The notes below the pieces were generated by a model. The model saw only the letters and a program-made list of their open reading frames with translations, was not told the origin of the DNA and searched no databases. This document shows positions 37,870 through 49,900 of a stretch of DNA of 64,000 bases, in pieces. Origin of the DNA: Gonapodya sp. JEL0774 (taxonomy: Eukaryota); NCBI GenBank assembly GCA_027604505.1, contig JADIIX010000024.1:62001-126000 (forward strand). The letters are read 5' to 3'. Position numbers and translations under genes: made by a program. Position 1 is the first letter of the stretch. Each line of letters begins with the position of its first letter.

Positions 37870-38382
37870 ATGGATTCCACTTTGATTTCTACAAACGATG
37901 TCCTTCCAAGTCCTACTCCTCCTCCTCCTTACTCTTTGGTAGCAACTGAACCTACACTGGCGGAGTTCACTGTGTCTCATCTCTCGGAGACTGAGAAGGG
38001 TTATTACAGAAAGCTGTACAGTGCTCAGGAAGAGTGCGAGGCAAGTGGGAGAGGGTATCCCGTTAATTTTGAAGGATTGTTCCCAATCGCAGGGTATGGC
38101 CGGAAGGACCATGCCAAAAGAGCTCTAGTGAGCAGGTCCGGCCTGCTTGAGAACATAGATTACATCATGTGGAATAAGTCAGAGGACATTTCTGGTGGTG
38201 ACACTCGTTCCCCCGATCGGGGGAACGTCCATGATGGTTGGAAGGTTCGTGAAAGTATCTTTCTCACCTCGTGCAGGGGTGTTCACAGGCAGAGATGCTG
38301 CGCCGCATACCAACGGAAAGAAAGGAGCACGCCTACTCTGGAACCTCTATTTTGCACAGATGGGGCCTCCCCTAAAGCGTAA
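37870..38382 (+). CDS. Intronless AntA/KilA-N-type viral DNA-binding domain ORF, probably internally deleted
   Basis: YPVNFEGLFPIAGYGRKDHAKRALV...LLENIDYI...RESIFLT, joined abruptly to CRGVHRQRCCAAYQRKERS. Confidence 0.6.
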   Translation: MDSTLISTNDVLPSPTPPPPYSLVATEPTLAEFTVSHLSETEKGYYRKLYSAQEECEASGRGYPVNFEGLFPIAGYGRKDHAKRALVSRSGLLENIDYIMWNKSEDISGGDTRSPDRGNVHDGWKVRESIFLTSCRGVHRQRCCAAYQRKERSTPTLEPLFCTDGASPKA

Positions 38383-39442
38383 ACTGAGATTGCATGTATC
38401 GGAACGGCTTCATTGGTTGACCAGCATGTCCCACAGACGGGACAGAGTGCGATATGTTTTCCCCTGTAGACCAGTTCACCAAGACTCGGAAGAGGGTTCT
38501 GCCGCACCAAACACCATTACGAGCGAAGAGTGTTTAAGCCATAATGTGACAGCCGAGCATCTGCAAAGTTATGAGGATGTACGATGTCCGGGGTCGCAAA
38601 TTCAACAAGCCGAATTGTTCTGGGAACCGTTTATTCACAATCAAGCATCTCAGCGAGCCATTGAATTGAGCACAGCGGTTAGTGAGTCTGTGATTGGGAG
38701 GGATGGACTGGGACAATCGGATGGACTGGGAAAAGAGCGCAGTGCAGGATTTGGGACTGGAGACGCCAATAAGAAGGAAGCTTGGGCGGGGACAAAGAGC
38801 GTAGTGCGCAGGCAGAGACGAGAGGCATCTAAGATGGAGAGGGTGCCGATTTACATATAAGGTGAGGCAACGTAACGAGTCTGCCACTATATTTATCGGT
38901 GCTTCCTGAACGTCTGAAGATTGTACGTATATATTCTTCATGACGCGGACAATAATATGAAAGTTTATTGCAAACTATTAACAAACCAAGGCGATTTTGA
39001 TCTCGGGCAGGAGGTTTACCACACCGTAGAACTTGGGCAGCACTCAGGTGTACTACCTCAGGTCCGAATGTCGGGTGAATTAATCCAGGGTGAACTGCGA
39101 TCGTATCGGTTTTGTGAAGGCGAGCGATTGACCAGGACGGACTTCGTTTTGAGAACAAGCAGATCACAAAAAACAAAAAAAAAAATCAATAGCAAAACAA
39201 AGCAAAGCACACTGCTGCATCGTAGAATAGGAATTTACAGTGGAGAGGATACTCCACAAGTGTACATAGCTTGGGAACGGCCCTGGGAGTGTTCCCTCAT
39301 ATAACGATGTCGCTCCACAGTCCAATGAGCGACGAATTACCGTCGAGATCGCCATTATCAATTGAGCTCTCAAGTCAGCTGAATTGCAAGTCCACCAAGT
39401 CCATTCCCATTTCGCTACCGCCCTTTCACCTTGTCGCTCTTA

Positions 39443-39826
39443 TCAATTCTGGTCGAACAGCACTCTGCAAAGCCCAGCGCGAATCGCAGGCCTCAGAAAA
39501 TCGCTTCTCGTACACCCGCCGTTCGCCTCCTCATGGGCAGAGTCACTACCGTCGCTGTTGAGGTCTTCGTACCGGACGGCGATCCCAGGTCGTCCCAGGG
39601 ACGACGACGTCCCGACTTCATGCCCCGAGTCCACACGCAGGATCACGGCGGAAACGGAGACAGGTTGATGAGAAGATGGTGGACATCGTGCAGCTGGTTT
39701 TCGGAGGGGAGCCCATTGGAGGTTTGTTGAATCCGGCGCAGCGCGACGGCCCGTGGGCGTCGCAGAGGGAGACGGCGGCGAGAGAATCGGGAGGGAAGAT
39801 TTGTTCTCGGGCGAAGTGAGTGTCAT
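39443..39826 (-). CDS. Small intronless disordered protein (127 aa), candidate CDK inhibitor, paralog A
   Basis: SSLP..ATPTGRRAAPDSTNLQWAPLRKP...RVDSG...GLCRVLFDQN*; same motif order as the neighbouring ORF. Confidence 0.55.
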   Translation of the reverse strand: MTLTSPENKSSLPILSPPSPSATPTGRRAAPDSTNLQWAPLRKPAARCPPSSHQPVSVSAVILRVDSGHEVGTSSSLGRPGIAVRYEDLNSDGSDSAHEEANGGCTRSDFLRPAIRAGLCRVLFDQN

Positions 39827-40247
39827 ATGGTGGATCTGGGTGACTCGGAGGCTCGGTGAGGTTTGGGTACAACTGAAATGGACCGGACCCCGTCCGCCCA
39901 AATCCGTGGGATGGTAAAGTGTAGCTTGTTCTCCCTCTCCTCAAGTTCACCCAAACATACAAAGTTTACCACAAATTATGTAAAAGAGGGATCTTTGCAT
40001 GAAATTGTATTTGCATAGAAAGACTGTCTCTGCACTACCTCACATTTGTCTGGTGTTCTTTATGTAAATCTACTCTTGGGAATCCATTTTAACAGAGATC
40101 CGTCGTAAAGCAGGAGTAGCAATAATGTCCCCCATTGGAGTTAATCAAGGCTGGGAAGACTATTCGAGTCCGTCAGTTTCGTAGGGTGCCCTCCTTCCTC
40201 CTTTCCACACGTTTCCATATCCCCATCCAAGCACGACAGTCAAACGG

Positions 40248-40640
40248 TCATTGGAAAAGGATCCGACAGAGTCCAGGTGTCCAACCCGCCAGGTTGTTGT
40301 GGTTTCCCCGCTCCCCACTCCTTTGCTCAAATCCTGGCTCCCCGAACACAGGAACCTCGCCAAAGTAATCCTCCTTTCCCAATGTAAATGTACACGAAAC
40401 GGCCGTAGATGCTTTCGCCGCGTCGAGTCCGAGCGTCGCCGCGCCACTCTCGGAGGACAAGTCCATGCCCGAGTCAAAGCGTTCGCGGTCGCCGACAGGT
40501 GCCAGAGTAACACTAACAATGTTGTGCTTTCGGCGCCGAAGTGGAGCCGGTGGAGGAACTTTTGGAGCTCCGGTTGCTGTTTGACGGGAAGGAGTGACGA
40601 GGTGCAAAGGGGGGGCCAAGGGGAGTGATGAAGACGGCAT
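40248..40640 (-). CDS. Small intronless disordered protein (130 aa), candidate CDK inhibitor, paralog B
   Basis: SSLP..VTPSRQTATGAPKVPPPAPLRRR...RFDSGMDLS...GLCRILFQ*. Confidence 0.55.
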   Translation of the reverse strand: MPSSSLPLAPPLHLVTPSRQTATGAPKVPPPAPLRRRKHNIVSVTLAPVGDRERFDSGMDLSSESGAATLGLDAAKASTAVSCTFTLGKEDYFGEVPVFGEPGFEQRSGERGNHNNLAGWTPGLCRILFQ

Positions 40641-42480
40641 GCGAGGGAACGATATATGAAATCTGGAAGAGAATATGGAAGGGCACGGAATAGGTGCGGA
40701 TTGGCGAGAATGAAATACCGCAGCGGGTTTTGTCAAATTCAGGAAGCGGGAAGGCATACGCAGGGATACAAGGAAGCCAACGAACCCCTTTCCCTGCCGG
40801 TGGCTCGGCGGCCAGATAATCGTGTTCTTCATCTCAACGAGTCGATAAAAGGCATTGGCATGCTACGCGATGGATTTTCATCGCGGACTTGTTCAGTTTT
40901 ACTTATTATATAGTCTCAGAACGAGTGGATCACATCGACGACGCATTGTGACGTCACTCCGAGCTTCCGCCCAACATTGCATTTATCCAACAGCATTACA
41001 AACACGTCATACCCTGCTATAGGAGATCAGCTTTTGGTGTTTTGTTCAATTTCTGGCGGTGTGGATTTGTGTGAGAATAAAAAGAGACCAGTTAACATCT
41101 TGGCAAGCCACTCCACCATAACCCCACCGTACAACACCCGCATCACGTCAACATATCAGAGATCGGAGATGTCTTTTCCGTTTGCCTTGGTGGAGTTTGT
41201 ATAGAAATGAGGCAATCGGCCCAGCTCTCAAGTTGTGAAGCAGAACTTAGACACTTTTCTCGTCCCAACAGGACTATTTTGTTTGGTCGAGTGGATTTGG
41301 ATTAAGAACCCCTGGGTTCCAAAGCGTTTCATCACGATGAGATTCTCGGTAAAAACAAGACCGAGTTTTATAAAAGGGTTAGCAATGCTGAGCAATAGTA
41401 GAGAATACACCGCTCAGTTCTGATCTTGCGTCGTCTTTGCATACATATTATTTTGTATAGCGATGATTAAAGACAGAGATGCTGGGAGAGAAGGCATGTC
41501 CCTATGTAGTAGTCTATAAGCAACTTAGACGGCTATGCTCTCCCCGTAACTGTACGCCGGGGGGTCGCGGTCCTCCGTGCGTCCAGCAAGTAATTGCGAG
41601 ATGATTGATCTGAAGAATCCAGAGGTACCAGTGCAAGAGGTCCGAGAGAGAGTGGGGGAGCTCTCTCGGAGCTCAAAAGAGCAAAGTTCAATGTGACTCA
41701 CCCGACAGAGGGGTGTGATGAGGGAGACGAAGGATGTGGCGAAGCAAGGAGAACATCTCGAAAAGGGTCAGACAGCAATTGCAATACAAGTAGATAGAGT
41801 ACAACATTAGAAGAAATATTTGTGTGATGCGGTGGCGGGTATTTGGAGACGAATGCGCGTTCCTCAATGGTCGGTTTGAGTCCAATAGTGAAATATTTCT
41901 GGGAGTTGAACGAGGTGGCGCATCGACAAAGAAGTTTTAAACACTGACCTTGTGCTTTTTCCACAAGGTTGACCATCCATAAATTAAAACTGGACTCACT
42001 AACAAATCTGCCATGGTTTTTTTTGTTTCTTGGGGATCATTTACCAGGATCGGGCGTTCAGTCGCTGGCCAGCTTACTAATTTTTGAGAACAACAACGGC
42101 AAGGTTGTATGTTGCGTCTTCTAGACATCTCATCAACAGAATGCACGGGATACAAAGCTGAGGAGTCAGTGCGGTGCCTCTTTTCCTCGCGTTTGGTTTG
42201 TCATTTGGGCCCAAGTCGGCACGACACAGGAGTCATCTTCGACTGGGGCCGTGACACATCTCGATCGAAAGAACGCGAGCAGAACAACAATGGGACTCAC
42301 CACTGAACAGGGGAAGCATCTTTATCACGTGTAAGTGCGTCGTCGCCTGTGGGGGGCGTTATGAGGCTTGGTCTCGATGGCGATGCGAAGGCGGTGACAA
42401 GAGCCCAGTGACTAAGGCGGAACATTTAAACAAGATTTCGTCGTTTCGATTTTCAGAGCTATTCTCAACCTTTTTCAAGA

Positions 42481-43020
42481 ATGAACTTCTCCAAGTTCAC
42501 TTATCTTCTTGGCCTCCTGACCGCTCTCGTTTGTGCGACGGCTTCTGCCCAAACAGCAAGTGGGAACGGCTACACCTATCGAATCGTGCTCTACTCTGCG
42601 CCAGACTTTTACGGTTGGAGAAGCGAGACTGGAGATAACAACGGAGGTTGCTTGTGAGTCCCGCAAAGCTTTGGTGGCCGTTCTCATCATTCACACTCGC
42701 GACTTCAGTGGTGTCTGGAACCCGGCCGAATCCTACAAGATCTCATACGGTACCAAGGTCACGTTTTATCCCGGTATGTAGCCGCAATTGTTGTCGGTGC
42801 CATAAGCCAACGCTTCACACCACACCACCAACCCAGAGGTGGGCTGCCAAGGAACACCTCTCGGAACCTCCACCACTGACAACCCGAATACCAATTTCGG
42901 AAAGCCTCCGTATTCTGTTCGGTGAGTTTGGCACCATCAGATCTTTGCAGAGGATGTGCTGGCCCCGCAAATCTAACATCGCGGGTTGTCGATAGGCTCG
43001 AGTCAAGTGGCAGTTGGTGA
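42481..43020 (+). CDS. Secreted beta/gamma-crystallin-like small protein (115 aa, 4 exons)
   Basis: Exons 42481-42653, 42709-42773, 42837-42921 and 42996-43020 join in frame via GT-AG introns: signal peptide MNFSKFTYLLGLLTALVCATASA, then RIVLYSAPDFYG...GGCFGVWNPAESYKISYGTKVTFYPEVGCQG...PYSVRLESSGSW*. Confidence 0.8.
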
Positions 43021-43919
43021 ACAACTCGCAAGCCAGACGGGTCTGATCGAGATGGGCGAGACTGCAAGAATGGTCGGCGACTACTGGTCATGCAGAAGAA
43101 ACTTTAAATTTGGGCACTGTTCGTCGCACCTTTCAATCACCTTTCTGAAACCAATGATGAAAGGAATAAACTTTTTTCAAGAATGAGTGAGAATCATCAG
43201 AACGTGTTTTGGCAGTTGCACTTACGACTGTAATCCAGTGGATCTGTTCGGTCTCGAATGAGAAACTGGTGTCCAATCTCGCTATAAAAAGATTACCAGG
43301 AACTTCTGTCCGTAGTGTGTGCGACATGCCAGTGCTCCATGTTGTTCAGACTCCCAGTTCAAGAAGAGTCTTTTTCACATTTGCACAATCGAATTCACAG
43401 TCCCGTTTCAGGGAGCGACGTCTCCACTATTCAGTGCGTAGAAAAGTACACTATTCTATAACAAAAGTACGTTTCCCCGGACCCCCGGACCAGCGATCGT
43501 AGTTATCCTCCGTCAAATGTTCGTTCTACAGTTACACCCACCAGGGGGAAAGCACTATGCCACCCTACTGGTTCTGGCCGCTACACACCGATGCCACAGA
43601 CGACGCCAAGATGCTGGATTCGTAATTCATGATAGATGAAAAAGGGAGTCGAACGAGAGAAGAAACCCACAGAGAACCAGCGTTTGCAAAAAAAAAAATG
43701 TAAAAGGAAAGGCTGGACGAAAACAATGTGTGCCGGGAGCCAGCTGGCGTTCCCGAATCTAGTTTGATGCGTACGTACAGGACCCGGGAAGAAATTTTCC
43801 CAGGACAGAAACCGTGAAGCGGTGGTGAGATTACCGACCGTCCAACTCCCACAGCTTTCGAGTGGAGAGTCCACCACATCTCTCCCTTGCAGCGATCTCT
43901 CCCAAACTACCATTCTGAC

Positions 43920-46725
43920 TCACGCCGACTTGTCCTCTACCTTGTGACTCGTGCCACCCATGCCCCACGCTGCCGGTACTACACCCTCCCATCCGGCATC
44001 AACCTCAACCTTTTTGATGAGATGCGGAATCCTCGTGGCCGCCGAAGCCGCTGGGTGGAGGATCTGGTTCAGCAAGCCCGAAATACTGTTGCGGCTCGGT
44101 GCCTCCGACTTCCGAGGTTCAGCAGACGCCACAATGCCAACACCATCGACTGGAGGCGTGTCCGACATAATGTCCACTAAAGTACCTTCTTTGCTGGGCC
44201 CCATTAAACCTTCTACATCACCCATTCCAGATCCGCCGGATGCCAGACTTTGGCTCAGCACCGCCTCCACCTCTGCAGCAGTCACTTCGGCACCTCCCGC
44301 ACCCACCCCACCACCGCTCCCTCCACTGGTAGCAACGACGGTAACGGCATCAAGCTGTGTCATTTCTTGACGAGCGCCACCAGTCTCAGCCATGACCTTC
44401 TCGCCAACTACGTATGCAGTTTCCCCGCCATGCTCCCAAACCCTTCGGAACGAAGCGATCGTTGCAGGAAGGGTCATGAATAATACAGCAGACAGTGGTG
44501 CCCATGCATAGTCCGTCAGGTTCCAGATGTTGCGGGTTGACCTCTCCCGCCCGAACAACCTCCGGTCGATAACGCGGTGGTATCGCTCGTACAAGAAGAG
44601 GTTTAGGAAGGTTGGCATTGTGGCACACGCCGACAGAATCTGAGTAGCCACAACCAAGTGCACCCAGAGCCGATCATCATCGCCAATAAGCTTTCCCACC
44701 CCGCCAAACCCTTCCCACACCGGTAGCCAGAGCATCATGAGCCATCCTGTGCAGTTGCCAAGAACGTGTGCCTCAAGAACGTGGAATAAAACGAGAAGCT
44801 TATCTGCCACGTCGATGACCCTTTCCCTCCTCGTCAACACCCGCCAAAACATTCCCAAGAAGCCTCCATTGCTCCCCAGCATCTCCCTAAACGCGTACCC
44901 CACGTCCGCACCACCGTACATATGTCGGACCGCCTGAGAGAATCTGGCTCGCAAGTTGATGATGTAACCGCGCAGATTACGTTCCGTGCTGCCTTGCACA
45001 TTGGTCAGGTTGATGGGAACTGGGACGAGCACACATCGGGCACGTCCGTCTGTCCGGAGGAAACATCGAAGCATGGTGTGGAAATCTTCAGCGATACCGT
45101 CGGGAGTGGTGTCCCAGTAGTTAACGCGATCAGCAAGAAGCTGTATTGAATGAAAACCGAGTTCACCAACTGGCTCAACCTTGATGCAACACGAAGGATT
45201 TTATTACCCACCAAGCTCAAACTGTAAATCGCGCAGGGAAATCCGATCCCCCTCCAATTACCCAAGTTCTGGGCCACCATGCAACTCCACAAAGCGTCCG
45301 TAATGCGAACCGCCCCAGGTACATCAGAGCAGTTCCGGGAGAAGATCATGGGAGGACAGTAAACTTGAGTGTAAGGGTCATCGGATTGGGAGAGAAGGAG
45401 TTCCAGGTGGTTGACTGAAGGCACCAGGACGAAAGTCGGGTCTGAGTTTGGGATGCACATGACCATTCTGGTACAAACGTTACGCACCATACAACTCAGG
45501 TATGCCCGCATCCGCATCCGCAACCGTTACGATGTACTGTTTCAAGGAGTGGTGTCCGTATCGGGCACGCAAATACCGGGCACAGGATCGCACAGCCCAG
45601 TTCACTAACAAGCAATTAAGAAATATGCCGTGGGCTAAAAGGAATAGGCGAAGTTCATGTTTCGTGCACACACCATTGCTGGCTTTTCCCCTTTGCTCTC
45701 CTCGAATGCCCATTGGGTGTGCCGTGACCACAACCTCTTTGAAACAGCCCTTGTACTCCTCCACGAGGCGGGCCGATTTGGTAGCATGACCAGTCTCGGA
45801 GGCTTCCATAGCGAGCAGCAGAATGTAGTTCGTGGGTGCAAGGTTGTGCTGTAAGGAAATGGGACGATGCGATTGAGATTGATCAAAGGAAGTGAGAACA
45901 TTGAAGACGTGCAATAATCATACTTGAGCTAGTCTGCCTATTGTCTTTCGCATGAGCTCGATAGGTTCGCCATAATTGGGCATGACAAAGATATGGGTGT
46001 ACGCGCCAGGTTGGGCCTAAAATGGGGGGTAGTTTGCGAAAACATTCAAAACTGATTTAGTACATTATTCGACTCAGCAGGGCGGCCTCACTGAACCTGC
46101 AACTCACCTGCATCAATTTCTCGTCGTCAGTTCCCTTAGACACTGTACTCATAATTTTGAAAGCGGTCCTGTACCACTTGAACACGTGCGTCAAGGAGAT
46201 GGATATGAAGAAGATGAAGAAGCCCAGCATGAACCCAATGTAGATTCTGGGAAAGAGTTTTGGCCCAGCAAAAACAAGTGCAACTGATCCCATGGAGATG
46301 ATGAGAAGGAAAAAGTCATAAATATCTCGTGGACGGGAATTAAATGAGGAACGGTGGGGAGTGGGATGGCCGTGAAGATGTGCCCCGTGGTAGGAGGCAG
46401 AGTCAGACGAAGGCGAGGGCGGGGAGAGGAGGACTGGTGGAGGCAACGGTGCGGTGGAAGGTTGGAGGGAGGGTGAATCAATGGCTGTAGATGCGTTTGT
46501 GGAGACGGACAGTCGGGGAGAAAGGAGAGCCGATGAGCTCGACCTGTGGAGGAGAGGTTCGGGGGAGAGGGAAGGGGAAGGCGGGGGTAATGACGGAGAG
46601 AAAGGAGAGGCCGACCGTGGGGAAGGAGGGATGAAGGAATGCGAAATGGTGAGGGGAGTGGGAGTGCCTGGATGAGGTTGGCCAGGGGACGACGGGCCAG
46701 CAGGCGAGGGTGGGATTGCAGCCAT
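43920..46725 (-). CDS. Membrane-bound GT2-family glycosyltransferase
   Basis: N-terminal TMs; HIFVMPNYGEP, LLAMEA, HPMGIRGEQRGKASN|VNWA, VTVADADA, WDTTPDGIAEDFH, RFSQAVRH; C-terminal TMs. Confidence 0.85.
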
Positions 46726-46945
46726 CGCGAGAGGGGATAAATTTGAAAAGCTGTAGGAGGGGATGGGGAACGGAGAGAATGAGAAGGTGGGGACAATGGA
46801 CCGATGACAGATGACAGGACGCGACGCGAGCATCGTCGCACAGACGGGCCCGAGAGAAGGCGCGGGCTGATGCCCTCTTCCTTCACGAATCCAGAAAGTC
46901 CGGTGCGAATCCTCAGGCGTGCAATATCGAGTTTCTGGCAATGGT

Positions 46946-49900
46946 CTACTTGTGTGCAACTAAGCTGACAGAAACTTCATGCACATTTCCCAATTCCGCG
47001 GAAGTAGCAGCGCGGGCTCTTGATAGCTCCTCCGCTTTCCTTAGACGCACTTTCAAAACTATCTCGCGTCGCCGGGTCGCCTTCGCTCCCCTTGTGTCCT
47101 CAATCTGCCCGTTTTGGAAGCCAGCGTGCTCCCTTCCATCGGTACATGCCCTTCCTGGCTTTCCAGTAAAGTCGGCGTCCTCCGCGTCCTCCATGTCATC
47201 GTTGCTGTCGCTGCTCTTTGCGCTTACGCTGACTCACAAGAGAAGTGCCCTCTCGCTCCCTCTGATTATCTTTTTCGGTTTTGCTTTGACTTGAAGGACG
47301 TAAGTCGCTTAATCGTGTTTTCCCGTTGAATCCGGAGCTCTTCAATCTGTTGCAATTGAAAAATCGATTGTAGCGATAGGTGATCACGTGCTCATATACG
47401 CCCAATCTTCAGACGCTCTTTCTATTTAAAATGACTGCAAAGCTTACTTTCTTGGATGTGGGATCATCGTTATGCTGATGCCTCTGTCCTCAACGACAAG
47501 CCATTTCTGTCCCTTTCTACGCGTGTATTCCACTCTTTTTCTAGCAATGTCTTGCAAAAGCGTTGATATAATGTATCGCTTGTGAAAACGCTTGTGTTTC
47601 TCGTGGCGGCGCCACAGGGGCCAGTTTCATGAATTCTGCCCCTGCCTTGCCGGTCCATGTCCAAATTGAGAATATTGTTGAACGCCCCAAACAAAGGGAG
47701 CTTCAACTATCAACATTGCACCCAAGGTGAGCAGAAACGAAGCTATGACTGCAGACTCCATTGTTCAACCTCAGTATGCACTACACTCTTTCTCCTGCGC
47801 AAATGCACACGATAAAGCAAGCGGATCACTCGGCGAGCAATCAAGGATATAATCCTTCGAATTGACCATGTGTGACGGCACATAACACGAAGAACTGCTT
47901 CGGTGTGACATGGGATTGGAAACATAATGTAATCAGCAGTCAGCCAGCCTGAATATCATCAAATCTCCTGTTAGCGCTTGGTAATTTTGTAGTCGTGATT
48001 AAGGTGACCAGGTTGAGCTACCGGTGTTATGACCGACAGGATTTCCTCGGCATCTAATACGCGAAAGCCTTACTGTCTCTCTCTATTTCCATACCATTCT
48101 ATATGCAATGCAGACATCAATAAAAGAAAGGAAAAGTCACAAACGCACGCATAAACTAAGCCAGTGCAAATCCGCCACCTGCAGAATGCCCAGGGCACGG
48201 TTTCTTGTCAACGAACAGGTAACAAGCACCGGACACCCTACCACGTGGGAACGCTCCATGCTACGTGAACAGCCCCAATCAAAATCAAATCCATATCGTT
48301 GGGAGTCCCAGCGAACAAAACACGTCTCCGTGATCACCTCTACGGCGTGTAGACAGGAGCTGCCGACGGGCGTCTTGCCGAGGGAGGGTAGGGGAGGGGA
48401 GAATATGCGGGAAGACCGTCTTGGACGAGACCAGCTGAGAGTGTGAGCGGTAGGTCAGAGTTGGGAAAGCGAGGCAGCAACGGGAGAATGAGTAAGTGCT
48501 GAATCGGACGCCTCCGCATCCCCTTCAACGAAAAATCAGCCGTTCTCAGACCCCCTTCTGTCTCGCAGGCAAAACTCCCCACCCCTCCTCTCCCATTCAC
48601 CAGGTCAGTCTTCGTTAACAGGGCGTAGCACAATCACTCACCCGACCGCAAACTCTCTTGTCTCGCCAGCTCCTCAGGGTCAACTTGCGAGGATTCCTTG
48701 AGCGATTCGGCGATAGCAGCTTTGACAGCAATCTGAGAAAGTGAGCAGTGGTTGCGTATTTTGTTGGGAACGGAGTGGAGATGAGTATCGGAGGACGAGT
48801 GGCAGAAGGGCAAAGAGAGTACACACGTCGTCCGCCTTCTTCATCTTGATATCAAACTTGAGCTGTGTCCATAACATGTGGACGTAACTATTCATGATGG
48901 TCGTGGGCAGAGTCCATCAATTGCTTGCAACTTTCTCCGGAACAACCTGTCCACCGCCACAGAGACTACCTAAATTGCGATAACGTACCCAAGAACGGCA
49001 TCCTTGCGAGTAGTGAACATCGTATTAATTTTTGAAGAGTCGAGTGTCATTGCAAGGCCAGGAGGGCATCAATGGCTCACCTGACCAAAGACGTAATCCG
49101 CGAGTGTGTGTTTCCGGCTGGGTTCGTTAATCTGAGAGCATTTTAAGTGTGGAGGGTTGTGGTGGTCAGAGAAAGAGCTTCTCAGTTGTTCGCCAGCAAT
49201 TTCAAATTGGACCATGGATTCCAACGAACTACATCCGCTCCACACTTAAGCGAAATGAATTCACCATGACAGGAAATCGCTCTTGAATGAGTTTGCCAAC
49301 TCAGGTCACAGATTCCCTGACACCATACCCAGTTCACAACGGTCATCGTCCTACGCTCCGAGAATCCCCATAGAAAAATACATGTGAGTGCCTCGCATTT
49401 TGCGATTGCAGGCAACTTGGGTACATTATCTGCTGTTTCGGAGGGATCTCGGCCCATTTTGGTGGTGTTGGGAGACGTGACGATCGGTTCGCCATCAAAC
49501 CGACACAGGCTTCTGCACATCCCGATCGCTCATGGTTCCGTCCTAGCATGCACTCTATGTGTCTCCGTGCTCGCAAAAAGCATCCGCCATCGCGAAACCC
49601 ACGTTGGCTCTCTTGAAGTTTTCGGGGTCTTGTAAAGCCAGGAGTTTCAACTCGCGAGCTTGTTTCGCTGAGAGGTGTTGAGTCGGTGTGGAAGTCGCCA
49701 TTCCAGTTCTATCTCTGGTTGATTCTCGATATTATACTGATTGTTCGCGGAGCAAAGGGTTCTTCGCCACATGTGCGCATCCTCCGATGATCCAATTTTA
49801 GGCTCAACTGTAACCATAACTTCATCCGCGCCATGCGCCCGAACAGGATTTCAATGTGCAAGTATGTAGACTGCAGCGATTCGTGTGAATGTAAGCGTCT

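Noticed and set aside
38921..39304. YVYILHDADN as a GIY-YIG nuclease start
   Set aside because: No YIG/YVG second motif or downstream Arg/Glu pattern, and no ATG before it; too weak.
40900..42400. A third CKI-like paralog or other gene upstream of the pair
   Set aside because: The frames I examined lack the TP/APLR/DSG/RxLF set, and the ORFs are short and unconvincing.
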